Shown here: positions 46,523 to 55,247 of the stretch, in pieces | Numbering within the stretch: the stretch's first letter is position 1 | Layout: the number at the start of each line of letters is the position of its first letter | Origin: a virus | Reading direction: 5' to 3' (one strand) | Length of the DNA stretch: 64,000 nucleotides | Virus record (IMG/VR): IMGVR_UViG_3300028840_003271 | Location: 32,001-96,000 of that record | The notes under the pieces: generated by a model | Database searches by the model: none | Told to the model about the DNA's origin: nothing | The model's input: only the letters and a program-made list of their open reading frames with translations | Position numbers and translations under genes: made by a program

Positions 46523-46810
46523 TCACCATGGTCTTCCTTCATGGAGTATAAAGGTTGCCATTTCATAGGCTAACTTGGCCTGTAATAGACCGAGGTGTGG
46601 CAACACGGACCGAATAACCTTTATCGTGGCAAGTCTTCTCTCATTGCCGCTACTAAGGTTATATTGGCACAATGCCATGATACTTTTGTATTCCTGTTCT
46701 TGCAATTCAAGGGTGGGGTTCGGCTGGTCCATTTGCCACGATCCGTCTGCCTGCTCCCGATACGTTACTACCACGCCATTGTCGCCATGAATTCGGATTA
46801 CGTGTTGCAT
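46523..46810 (-). CDS. Protein with ribosomal L7/L12 C-terminal-like motif
   Basis: RLATIKVIRSVLPHLGLLQAKLAYE resembles K..aIK.vR..tgLGLkeAK..vE; AAGGGG Shine-Dalgarno. Confidence 0.55.
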   Translation of the reverse strand: MQHVIRIHGDNGVVVTYREQADGSWQMDQPNPTLELQEQEYKSIMALCQYNLSSGNERRLATIKVIRSVLPHLGLLQAKLAYEMATFILHEGRPW

Positions 46811-46981
46811 CGCCGATCCCCTTATGCGAAAGTACAGTTCCGATTCTCACCGGATTGTGAGAATCTACCGAAGTATAGCATTGTCAAGCCCACCCCCCAA
46901 AAGATATTCGTCGCAAGTCGGTTCATAGTCAATACTTAGGGCAATATTTTTCTCGAAGTGGACACACCGAAAAATGAGACC

Positions 46982-46997
46982 AGCAAACCGTATGCCA
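46982..46997 (-). promoter_or_regulatory. Sigma54-like -24/-12 site facing the island genes
   Basis: TGGCATACGGTTTGCT. Confidence 0.55.
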
Positions 46998-47243
46998 ATG
47001 GTTCGGTATGGCATTTGCTGTCGGGTTTTGGTACGAAAGTTGCTGTGAGTCCAGGTGGGGGGGATGCCGGCACCCGTAGGATATAGTAGGATTTGGGGCT
47101 GTGGGGCATAGGTTCGCAGAGAAGGGGGAGAACAAACGTTCATACCCCATATGGGTGGGTGGTATTTTCTGATTTTGGGTTGTGGGGGATATTATACCCC
47201 CCAAAAACGGAAGGCATGTATTCTAAATATAGACCAAACAATA

Positions 47244-48188
47244 TCAAACGGACACCTTTTTGTTTCCGTTTCTTACTAATCTTAATCTATCGTTCATATT
47301 ATCTTTATCACTTCCAAGTTCCAAATGGTAAGGATTACAGCATAATTTATTATCACATTTATGACGAACAACCAATCCGTTAAAAGGTTTATTAGAGAAA
47401 AGAAAATACATTAAACGGTGAGCGGGCCATGTACGTCCTGTTAATTTAATTTGTCCATATCCATCTTTACACGTCTTTCTTGTCCACAATAAACATTCTT
47501 CTTTGTCTCTTATAATAATTGATGCTTTATCTCGACCTTTATATTTTAAGTTTTTCAATAATGGATCAAATTTAAACTCAACTCTTGTTTTATCAAAAAA
47601 AGATAAAAAATATTCAACTTGTCGATACGTTAAATTTAATATTTGATGTTTAATAGTAGTATTATATAACATGGTTGAATCAAGCCCATATAAATATCTT
47701 GCTTCTAATTTCATCGCTTCGTGTTCTGTATTCGTATATTTCAAAACACCATATCCAAAATTATCACGTCCTAACTTATTATAATCTTGTTGTAGGTTTC
47801 TATTTTCGTGTTTGTTTTGATTAAGAAATCTAACATGTGTTTGAAATCTATAACCCAAATTTGAAGTATATCCAATATAAAATTTATTATTAATCAAACA
47901 CTGAATAAAATACAACCCACACAAATTTTCCAAACTTGTATTATTGATAATTTGTTTCTCATTATAGTGTGCTACAGTACCAATTTTAATCAACTTGAAC
48001 TCTCGTGCTTTATTATAAATAGCATATTGTGATTTATTAAAATGTTTTTGTAACTCTTTATTTGACATTTTGTGATACAACTTTTTAAATTCTTGTTCGT
48101 CTTTTGCTGTCCAGTGTGAGCGATATTTTTTATTTGGTCCACAAGAACCTTTTGGTCTACCTACTTTCTTTTTTTTCAACATGTACAT
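47244..48188 (-). CDS. Homing endonuclease-like protein with HTH, GIY-YIG and HNH domains
   Basis: WT..D...F...Y..MSN.EL (HTH), GLYFI...FYIG.T....R...H (GIY-YIG), AHR...VVRHKCDN..CCNP.HL..G...DN (HNH). Confidence 0.8.
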   Translation of the reverse strand: MYMLKKKKVGRPKGSCGPNKKYRSHWTAKDEQEFKKLYHKMSNKELQKHFNKSQYAIYNKAREFKLIKIGTVAHYNEKQIINNTSLENLCGLYFIQCLINNKFYIGYTSNLGYRFQTHVRFLNQNKHENRNLQQDYNKLGRDNFGYGVLKYTNTEHEAMKLEARYLYGLDSTMLYNTTIKHQILNLTYRQVEYFLSFFDKTRVEFKFDPLLKNLKYKGRDKASIIIRDKEECLLWTRKTCKDGYGQIKLTGRTWPAHRLMYFLFSNKPFNGLVVRHKCDNKLCCNPYHLELGSDKDNMNDRLRLVRNGNKKVSV

Positions 48189-48399
48189 GTATATTATCCT
48201 CCTGTTTTTCTATACACCAAAAAATCCCCCTATGTCCATGTTTAATAATTCCCAACTTCCTCCTCTGTTTACGTAAAGCTTGCAAACTAATTTTTCGCCC
48301 ACTCAAATTCTCCAATTTCCGACATAACTCCTCATCTTTCATGGTGGGAGCTAACTTTTTAATAAGTGCGTGTTCTGCTGGCGTCCACACTATATTCAC
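48157..48399 (-). CDS. Small HTH protein, paralog of 51181..51384
   Basis: VW.........A.TM.D..L...L....G........R..RR.LGI.K...RG. Confidence 0.65.
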   Translation of the reverse strand: MNIVWTPAEHALIKKLAPTMKDEELCRKLENLSGRKISLQALRKQRRKLGIIKHGHRGIFWCIEKQEDNIHVHVEKKESR

Positions 48400-48483
48400 T
48401 TTTTTTCTCCTTAATTTGTTAATTTGTTAATTTGTTAATTTGTTTTTGTGTTTATGTGCTTATGTAGTAGTAATGTGACTAAT

Positions 48484-48493
48484 GGTGTATAAT
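48484..48493 (+). promoter_or_regulatory. Putative phage late promoter motif
   Basis: GGTGTATAAT, also found at 51078(-) and 60313(+). Confidence 0.55.
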
Positions 48494-48509
48494 TACATAA
48501 GAAAACTTA

Positions 48510-48570
48510 CAAAGTACAAAAAGTACAAAAAGTACAAAAAGTACAAGGCACAAGGTACAAGGTACAAGGT
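48510..48570. repeat. Short tandem repeats (AAAGTACAA)x4 and (GGTACAA)-like x3
   Basis: Read directly; (TTAATTTG)x4 lies nearby at about 48411. Confidence 0.85.
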
Positions 48571-48577
48571 CTTTATT

Positions 48578-49072
48578 ATGGCAAACGATATATTTTCATG
48601 TAAAGGAACGGGCAATACTACACTTAACCATGCCGTAATTGTAACAAATATTCCTGGAACTGGTTATGCTCGAAATGATGATTTTAGAACTCAAAACCCC
48701 ACTTTAACTAAAATTCAAGACAAATGGGACGCGAGATTTGATGACGTGGGCGTTATAACCTCTACATCTGGAACCACGGGTGATCTTACTGGAAGTGGTG
48801 GAACTTACAAGAATACGGGAGCAACGGCTCTTACAGAATACAACCTACCTTCTGCGTCCGAGGGTTTAAATTACTCTTTTCTTGTAACAAATTCCAATGG
48901 AATTCGTGTAAATGCGAATACAAGTGATCGAATTCTCGTTGGAGAGGTTACGGGCGTAATTGGTGGTTATGTCGAATCGTCTGGTGTTGGTTCAGTTTTG
49001 AAGCTTCTAGCCGTTGACAGTCAAGATTGGTATAGTCAAGAATTTGAGGGTGGGTGGTTTCTAAAACAATAA
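48578..49072 (+). CDS. Putative virion structural or decoration protein
   Basis: Start at MANDIF; G/T/S-rich; C-terminal LP.A..GL.Y.F.V......V.A...D.I......G..L.L.A....W beta domain. Confidence 0.55.
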   Translation: MANDIFSCKGTGNTTLNHAVIVTNIPGTGYARNDDFRTQNPTLTKIQDKWDARFDDVGVITSTSGTTGDLTGSGGTYKNTGATALTEYNLPSASEGLNYSFLVTNSNGIRVNANTSDRILVGEVTGVIGGYVESSGVGSVLKLLAVDSQDWYSQEFEGGWFLKQ

Positions 49073-49107
49073 GTTAGCAAGCTAACAAAAAGATAAAGAG
49101 AGAAAAA

Positions 49108-49293
49108 ATGACAAATGATATTCACGCGGCTAAAGGGGCGGGAAACACACAATTAAATCATGCCGTTGTTGTGACCAACACTCCAGGAACCGGCTACATG
49201 GCAGGTCGTGATGACATTACAAACAGTCCCACGCTCACAAAAATTCAAGATAAGTGGGACGCGAGATTTGATGATTACGACGCATACGACTAG
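49108..49293 (+). CDS. Stand-alone paralog of the N-terminal domain of the 48578 gene
   Basis: NDI...KG.GNT.LNHAV.VTN.PGTGY...PTLTKIQDKWDARFDD shared. Confidence 0.7.
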   Translation: MTNDIHAAKGAGNTQLNHAVVVTNTPGTGYMAGRDDITNSPTLTKIQDKWDARFDDYDAYD

Positions 49294-49322
49294 CGGCAAA
49301 AACTCAAATTAAAAACAAAAAC

Positions 49323-49362
49323 AAAAGAAGGTCGGAATTTAATGTTTTTTTCCGACCCTTTC
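49323..49362. terminator. Putative bidirectional terminator between convergent genes
   Basis: GGTCGGAA...TTCCGACC stem flanked by A and T runs. Confidence 0.55.
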
Positions 49363-49392
49363 CATTTATTTTTTTATTTTTTATTTTTTTCT

Positions 49393-49632
49393 CTATAAAA
49401 TTACGTCGTCGTCTGGATCAGGTGTTACGGCTTCTTCAGCAATTTGGCGATTTCCAATATGTACCTGAACCACAACCCATTTTCGCACTCGTTCTTTAAA
49501 CCAAGCTGCTTCACCCATTGTGGGTTCGCCCGTTTCTTCGTCAAGTGGAACCGGATGAACTTTTAAAAATCCAGCCCGAAACGATGGAACTTTTGCTTCG
49601 GGAATCGTAAAAGTAATGTTAACATCGGCCAT
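49393..49632 (-). CDS. Hypothetical protein
   Basis: AAGGAG Shine-Dalgarno; downstream of the fibre-like gene. Confidence 0.6.
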   Translation of the reverse strand: MADVNITFTIPEAKVPSFRAGFLKVHPVPLDEETGEPTMGEAAWFKERVRKWVVVQVHIGNRQIAEEAVTPDPDDDVIL

Positions 49633-49689
49633 TTATTTTTTTCTCCTTAATTTTTATTTTTTTTTATTTTTATTGTTATTGTTATTTAA

Positions 49690-51048
49690 TTAGTGTGCTG
49701 AAATTCCTAAACAATAAATTGTAACTGCCTCGGAACTTTCTGTAACATTTGTAACCACAGCCATAAAAGTACCCGTTTCTCCTTCTCCAATTGCGTTACT
49801 TGGATCGTTTGGAGAGATGGTTACACCTGTTCCTCCGTCGAGGGTGAGATCTTGGTCGTCATCGGTATTATGAATATAAAATGTAAATCCGTCACCAACT
49901 TGACAATTTGGAATGGCGGCTACAATATTTGCTGCTGTGTCTGTATCGTCTTCTTTTGCTCCAGCCGTCATGCCTGAACGAATAATCATTTTTCCTAACA
50001 TTTCTGCTGCTGTGTGCGTTCCAGCTCCATCCGTTGTGTCGGTTGTGACTACATATTTTTCAGTTAATGCTCCATGAATAGTAACGTTTTGCCCAAAAAT
50101 GGCATTGCCCGAGCTGTCAATCTTAAACCAGTCTCCATCCGTGTTGTCGTCACTCGATACCATAAACGGGGCTGTTGCTCCACCCGAGGCAGAGACTTCC
50201 AGAATGGCGTCGGGGTCGTCATCTCCAATTCCAAGCTCACCAGCACCAGTGAAGTATGCTACTTGAGTATCGCCGACAGTAAAGACCATCTCATCATTGG
50301 CGTCTGTTTCCGTATGATCGTACAAAATGCCGCCTTCTAGCGAATCATTGTTGTCGCCAAAGATGAGATATGCGTTCTTGTTATTTGGACAAAGTATACT
50401 GATTGCAACATTGTCATTCTTCTCAACTGACAAGGCCGAATAGCTATGGCTGCTTACCGAAGCATCGGAAGCCATGAAATGTCCCAAGGTGTCAGGCGAA
50501 GTTGTACCAATGCCGACGTTGCCGTCATGATCTATTCTCAGTGCTTCAAAAACAGCACCACTATTAGCTACAGAAAATACTAATTCGGTACTATTATTGT
50601 CTGCTGCAAAAGTATCATCTGCTTCAGCCCAAATTGATGCACCAACAACAATAGCATCTGTTCCATCAGATTCTAATGGAGCTTGAAAATCAATTTGTCC
50701 CAATTTATCTCCATCGACAACAGTAAGTTCTTTTGTTGATAAAGTTATAGTACCAGCAGCAGCGGCAGCGGCACGCAATTCTAACATTGATCCTGGAGAC
50801 GGTGTTCCTAAACCAATTCTAGCAGTTGAAGCGTCATAAAAAAAGTCATTAGCAGAAGTATCTCCACTAAAACTTAAATCCACGTTTTCTTGTTTTTCAT
50901 TAAATGTCCAAGTTCGATTATTTAAAGAAAATGGTCCTATTGAATTTAAAGTTGCTCCAGATTGAGCAGAAATTATATCTACAATAGAAAAAGTTATTAT
51001 TGAGAAGAAAAATAAGGATAAAAACAAACCTATAATTTTAGGTGGCAT
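49690..51048 (-). CDS. Fibre/decoration-like protein with signal-peptide-like N-terminus
   Basis: RIGLGTPSP, GNVGIGTTSP and GELGIGDDDP repeats; C-terminal TAANIVAAIP...GTGVTI domain. Confidence 0.6.
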   Translation of the reverse strand: MPPKIIGLFLSLFFFSIITFSIVDIISAQSGATLNSIGPFSLNNRTWTFNEKQENVDLSFSGDTSANDFFYDASTARIGLGTPSPGSMLELRAAAAAAGTITLSTKELTVVDGDKLGQIDFQAPLESDGTDAIVVGASIWAEADDTFAADNNSTELVFSVANSGAVFEALRIDHDGNVGIGTTSPDTLGHFMASDASVSSHSYSALSVEKNDNVAISILCPNNKNAYLIFGDNNDSLEGGILYDHTETDANDEMVFTVGDTQVAYFTGAGELGIGDDDPDAILEVSASGGATAPFMVSSDDNTDGDWFKIDSSGNAIFGQNVTIHGALTEKYVVTTDTTDGAGTHTAAEMLGKMIIRSGMTAGAKEDDTDTAANIVAAIPNCQVGDGFTFYIHNTDDDQDLTLDGGTGVTISPNDPSNAIGEGETGTFMAVVTNVTESSEAVTIYCLGISAH

Positions 51049-51077
51049 GATAAATCTCCGTTTTCGTAATTATATAT

Positions 51078-51087
51078 ATTATACACC
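51078..51087 (-). promoter_or_regulatory. Putative phage late promoter motif
   Basis: GGTGTATAAT about 30 nt upstream of the 51048 start. Confidence 0.55.
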
Positions 51088-51107
51088 AATTCACAAATTA
51101 CGAAAAT

Positions 51108-51141
51108 AAAAAACTGCCGAGAAAAAAATTTCCCGACAGTT
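51108..51141 (-). terminator. Putative intrinsic terminator
   Basis: ACTGTCGGGAAA-TTTT-TTTCTCGGCAGT followed by a T-run. Confidence 0.6.
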
Positions 51142-51180
51142 AACAGTTAACAGTTAAAATCAGCTTATTAATTTACTAGT

Positions 51181-51384
51181 TTACTGACTTACTACCGTAC
51201 AACCTCGCCCACGAGCCTTTTTAATACCTAATTCTCGACGAACAGCACGCACATCAGACACGGTAAATACTGACCCGTTTTTTTCACTTAATGTTTGAGA
51301 CAGCCTTTTATCTGTCATAGTCGAGGCGTTTTCCTGCACATAAGTCTTAACGTCCTCATTCCACACTTTCTTTACTCTTGCCAT
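51181..51384 (-). CDS. Small HTH protein, paralog of 48157..48399
   Basis: Start at MARVKK with GAGG Shine-Dalgarno; visible alignment. Confidence 0.65.
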   Translation of the reverse strand: MARVKKVWNEDVKTYVQENASTMTDKRLSQTLSEKNGSVFTVSDVRAVRRELGIKKARGRGCTVVSQ

Positions 51385-51505
51385 TTTTTTGTCCTCTCTA
51401 AACTTTTTTTGAGCACTTGTGTTTTTTGAATGACAAACTACTTCGTTTATCATATTATATAATACAGTTCGAAACTTTTTTTTCACAAACAAAAAGGAAA
51501 TTTTC

Positions 51506-51694
51506 ATGACTTTTTTGAAATCAACGCTCGAAGTTAAGGCTGTGGGCGGACTTACGGAGCAAATCGGTGGTGAAATTAATTTACCAGATCCACCAAAAGA
51601 GGTTGCTCAGGCAATGTTAATGTCTATCGACGAAATAGACGAAGACGATGAAGAAGAAAACAAAAAAAATGCAAATTCCAAACGGAATGACTGA
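51506..51694 (+). CDS. Small acidic protein
   Basis: AAGGA Shine-Dalgarno. Confidence 0.45.
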   Translation: MTFLKSTLEVKAVGGLTEQIGGEINLPDPPKEVAQAMLMSIDEIDEDDEEENKKNANSKRND

Positions 51695-52253
51695 AAATGA
51701 AGTTGTTGAAATTATTAATAAAATAGCTCGACGACTTTCTACAATTTTTCGATTTGGATATTATAGTGCGGACGATATATTTCAAGAGGCATGGATTATT
51801 GCTATCGAGGGTTTAAACCGATATTCTGTTCAAAAGGGTCCTCTTGAAAACTTTCTTTGGATACATGTTCGTAATCGTTTGTGTAATTTTAAAAGAAATA
51901 AATATGAAAGATTGGAAAAACCTTGTAAAAGATGCATATACGACTGTGAAGAATCACCGTTGTGTGAAATTTATAATAAATGGTTAAAAAGACGAGATAG
52001 TAAAAAAAATTTGGTAGATATGATCGACTTGAATTGCGTAGATGATAAATATGAAAAAAATATGAAAATTGTTAATGAATATGGAGATATTGATCATTTG
52101 TCTGAAATTATTGATAAATTTTTACCTCCACAATATCGTCGTGACTATTTACAGATGATTGGTGGTATATATGTGCCCAAAAAAAGACGAATTGAAATTC
52201 AGAATATAATTCGTGAAATTCTAGAAGAACATGGATATGATATTGATTTTTAA
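51669..52253 (+). CDS. Phage sigma-factor-like protein (sigma70 region 2)
   Basis: DDIFQEAWI.AIEGL.RY....G.LENFL..HVRNRL.NF.R; CxxC insertion. Confidence 0.7.
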   Translation: MQIPNGMTENEVVEIINKIARRLSTIFRFGYYSADDIFQEAWIIAIEGLNRYSVQKGPLENFLWIHVRNRLCNFKRNKYERLEKPCKRCIYDCEESPLCEIYNKWLKRRDSKKNLVDMIDLNCVDDKYEKNMKIVNEYGDIDHLSEIIDKFLPPQYRRDYLQMIGGIYVPKKRRIEIQNIIREILEEHGYDIDF

Positions 52254-53143
52254 TGGTTAAAAAAATATCTCAAGAACAATTAGATCGAGAAAATAAGCGT
52301 GGTCGATGGTCTACTAAAGCCACCGAACTTATTATGAATTGTATGAATTTGGGTGAGGATGCTCATACAATTAAAGAAAAATTGGAAAATATGAAGCCAC
52401 CATGTAAAAGAAATTTAAACACTTTGGTAAAATATATGACAAAATTGAGAATGAAGGTTGGATTAAAACAAGCAACGGATAAAATTGAAGGATTAAGTTT
52501 GGGTTTACGAGCAAAAACTTTTTATCCACGACTTAAATCTCAATTTTCAGCAGACGAGTTAGAATATTTTGAAGAGTTGTGGGTGCGTTATATGGAACAG
52601 TTTCGAGAAGACGTATTACCTTCTGAAGAAATGCAATTAAAACAACTTTTGACTTTGGAAATTTTTATTACTCGGGCTGTTGAAGATAAAAGAAAGTTGA
52701 CTCGTAGAATAGAAAAATTACAAAAAATATTAGATGCGGAATATGAAAAAAAAGATCCAGATTTAAAAGTTATAGGTAATTTACAAACAGATATTGATAC
52801 AATTAGAGACAGTTTAGCAACACATAATAAAGATTATCTAAACTTAATTCAAGAACACCGAACACTAAATAAAGAACTTAAAGCAGATCGTAATCAACGA
52901 ATAAAAAGAATTGATGACTCAAAAAGTCATTGGGCTGGACTTTTGAGATTATTAGATGATGCTGAAATTCGTTCACGAGTTGGAGAACATATTGAGTTAC
53001 GACGGGTAGCTAAAGATAAAGCTAAAGAAAAATTGTCTGAATTACATATTTATGAAGACGAACGGGCTGATTACCCATTATTAAATGCAGATACAATATT
53101 ACAAGTACAAGGAGATGAAAATGACGAAGAGGATTCCAATTAG
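52253..53143 (+). CDS. Hypothetical coiled-coil protein (small-terminase candidate)
   Basis: Helical protein upstream of the packaging module; no diagnostic motif. Confidence 0.5.
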   Translation: MVKKISQEQLDRENKRGRWSTKATELIMNCMNLGEDAHTIKEKLENMKPPCKRNLNTLVKYMTKLRMKVGLKQATDKIEGLSLGLRAKTFYPRLKSQFSADELEYFEELWVRYMEQFREDVLPSEEMQLKQLLTLEIFITRAVEDKRKLTRRIEKLQKILDAEYEKKDPDLKVIGNLQTDIDTIRDSLATHNKDYLNLIQEHRTLNKELKADRNQRIKRIDDSKSHWAGLLRLLDDAEIRSRVGEHIELRRVAKDKAKEKLSELHIYEDERADYPLLNADTILQVQGDENDEEDSN

Positions 53144-53363
53144 TTTAATGGAACCAAGTAGCTTGGTTAAACCAAGTCGAGATAGTGTAAAAAAAGTTAG
53201 ATTAAGTGAGAAAGAAAAGGCAAAACGAAAACAGGAAGAAGAAGAAAAGAAAATTGAGCGTGAAAAATTAAAAAAACCCAAGGATTATTTTGTAATAAAA
53301 GAAGGTGAAGTGGAATGTCAAGGAACCGTTTTTACCGGAGGAAAATATGTCAAGCATAAGTGA
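53121..53363 (+). CDS. Small charged hypothetical protein
   Basis: ORF from MTKRIP. Confidence 0.45.
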   Translation: MTKRIPISLMEPSSLVKPSRDSVKKVRLSEKEKAKRKQEEEEKKIEREKLKKPKDYFVIKEGEVECQGTVFTGGKYVKHK

Positions 53364-54471
53364 GGAACCACTTATTATACACACTGAAGATTATAAAACT
53401 GAACTAAATCCTAAATGGAATTTAATACCAATATTACCAAAAGTAGCAATGGTTTGGGGTGTAACAGGACAAGACGGGTCATATTTGTCAGAATTTTTAC
53501 TTAAAAAAGGATATACCGTTATTGGTGTTAAAAGACGGACAAGTTATGATAATACCGAAAGATTAAAAGAGGTAAAAAACAACTCTAATTTTACTCTTGT
53601 TGAAGGCGATATTTGTGATTCGGGCAATGTTTTTTCTCTCATTAAAAAATATCAACCAACAGAATGTTATAATTTAGCTGCTCAATCTCATGTTCATACG
53701 TCGTTTGAACAACCATCCTACACATTTCAAGTAAATACTTTGGGTGAACTAAATATTTTAGAAGGAATACGACAATTTAGTCCACACACCAAACATTATT
53801 TTGCTGGAACATCAGAAGAATTTGGTAACAATTATAGTGTTGATCAGTTTGGAAAAAAATATCAAGATGAAGATTGTGAATTTGATCCAAGTTCTCCATA
53901 TGCTGTAAGTAAAGTTGCCGCTCATAATTTGGTTAATCTTTATCGAGATGCTTATAATTTACACGCTAATGTGGGAATATTATTTAATCACGGAAGTCCA
54001 CGACGAGGAGAAGAATTTGTAACACGAAAAATATCAAAATATGTTGCCCAACTAAATTGTTGGATGAAGAAATATGGGCAAAGTAAGTCTGTTATGAAGT
54101 GTTTGAAAGAAGTTGGACACCTACATTTAGGTAATTTAGACGCTTGTCGAGATTGGAGTCATGCTAAGGATATGGTTAGAGGTATGTGGTTAATGCTACA
54201 ACAAGAAAAACCACGAGATTATGTGTTGGCATCGGAACGCACACATTCTGTTCGACAATTTTTAGACGAAGCGTTTAATTATATTGATGTTAATTGGAAA
54301 CCTTTTGTAAAAATAGATGATAAATTTAAACGACCAAAAGATGTAGAATATTTATGTGGTCGAGCAACACGAGCAAAAGAAGAATTGGACTGGAAACCTC
54401 AAATTTGTTTTTCTTTTCTCGTTAAAAATATGGTTCAAGCAGATATTGATTTATTAGGAGATAAAAGATGA
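53305..54471 (+). CDS. gmd: GDP-mannose 4,6-dehydratase
   Basis: GVTGQDGSYL, YNLAAQSHV..SF, SPYAVSK, GILFNH.SPRRG.EFVTRKI, LGNLDA.RDW.HA.D and RP.DV..L.G. Confidence 0.95.
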   Translation: MKWNVKEPFLPEENMSSISEEPLIIHTEDYKTELNPKWNLIPILPKVAMVWGVTGQDGSYLSEFLLKKGYTVIGVKRRTSYDNTERLKEVKNNSNFTLVEGDICDSGNVFSLIKKYQPTECYNLAAQSHVHTSFEQPSYTFQVNTLGELNILEGIRQFSPHTKHYFAGTSEEFGNNYSVDQFGKKYQDEDCEFDPSSPYAVSKVAAHNLVNLYRDAYNLHANVGILFNHGSPRRGEEFVTRKISKYVAQLNCWMKKYGQSKSVMKCLKEVGHLHLGNLDACRDWSHAKDMVRGMWLMLQQEKPRDYVLASERTHSVRQFLDEAFNYIDVNWKPFVKIDDKFKRPKDVEYLCGRATRAKEELDWKPQICFSFLVKNMVQADIDLLGDKR

Positions 54472-54670
54472 CAATTACGAAAAGCCAAACTAATAAAGAC
54501 GATATTTTATGGTATATATTTAAAGTAATTTCTCGTTATGGAGTATGTGTAACTGAAGAACAACCAATAAAATGTTTATCTTTTTTGTAATACAGAAGAT
54601 GGTGGGGTTCTCAAATTAAAATATAATAATGGGTTTTATATAGTAGGTTCTGATGGTGTGAAGGAAGTTA

Positions 54671-54895
54671 ATGATGATACAAAATAATAAATCATATAAT
54701 AATGGGACCGTTTTATTCAAAATTTTGAAAGTTTTAATAGAACATTCGTGTGAGTTTTTAGATTTTAATTATTGGATAACAAATGATAGTAATATAGTTA
54801 TTAAGTTTAAAGACAAACATAATAACCAAACCTATGAAATAAATTCTAGGAATATTAAGAATTTAAGTACGGAGAAGAAAAGTGTCAATCAATAA
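54671..54895 (+). CDS. Hypothetical protein
   Basis: ORF with Shine-Dalgarno. Confidence 0.4.
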   Translation: MMIQNNKSYNNGTVLFKILKVLIEHSCEFLDFNYWITNDSNIVIKFKDKHNNQTYEINSRNIKNLSTEKKSVNQ

Positions 54896-55247
54896 ATCAT
54901 ATGGTAAAGAATTAATTTTAGATTTAGCAGATTGTAATACTGAATTGTTTAATGAAGACAAACTTACAGAATATGTTGAGAAGGTGACGGATTTGGTAGA
55001 AATGAAAAGGGTTGGCAATCCGTTTTTTTGGGCCGATTGGCTAACTAAAGAAAAACATTTACATGGAATTTCGTGTTTTCAATTTATTGAAACGAGTAAT
55101 ATTGTAATTCATGCTTTAGATTTATTAGGCAAGGTTTGTGTAAATTTATTTGCTTGTAAAGATTTTGATAGTCAAGATGCTATAGATTTTACTAGAGATT
55201 TTTTTGGAGGTAAAATTATTAATGTGGCTGTACTCGTTAGGGGTTAA
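54882..55247 (+). CDS. S-adenosylmethionine decarboxylase-like proenzyme
   Basis: YG.ELILDL..C, G.S..Q.IETSNI.IH, NLF.CK.FD and C-terminal RG. Confidence 0.75.
   Translation: MSINKSYGKELILDLADCNTELFNEDKLTEYVEKVTDLVEMKRVGNPFFWADWLTKEKHLHGISCFQFIETSNIVIHALDLLGKVCVNLFACKDFDSQDAIDFTRDFFGGKIINVAVLVRG

Noticed and set aside
43745-47204. Many overlapping ORF-track calls in the GC island (e.g. 43745-44035, 44412+, 44929+, 46145+, 46595+, 46865, 46929)
   Set aside because: They run through terminators or repeats, or lie antisense to better-supported genes with Shine-Dalgarno sites; they are likely by-products of high GC.
43520-47215. GC island as an IS element or integrated mobile element
   Set aside because: No transposase, integrase, terminal inverted repeats or target duplication was recognised.
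48482-48577. N-terminal KYKKYKKYK extension of the 48482 ORF
   Set aside because: It is translated tandem-repeat DNA beginning inside the promoter motif; the paralog alignment supports a start at 48578.
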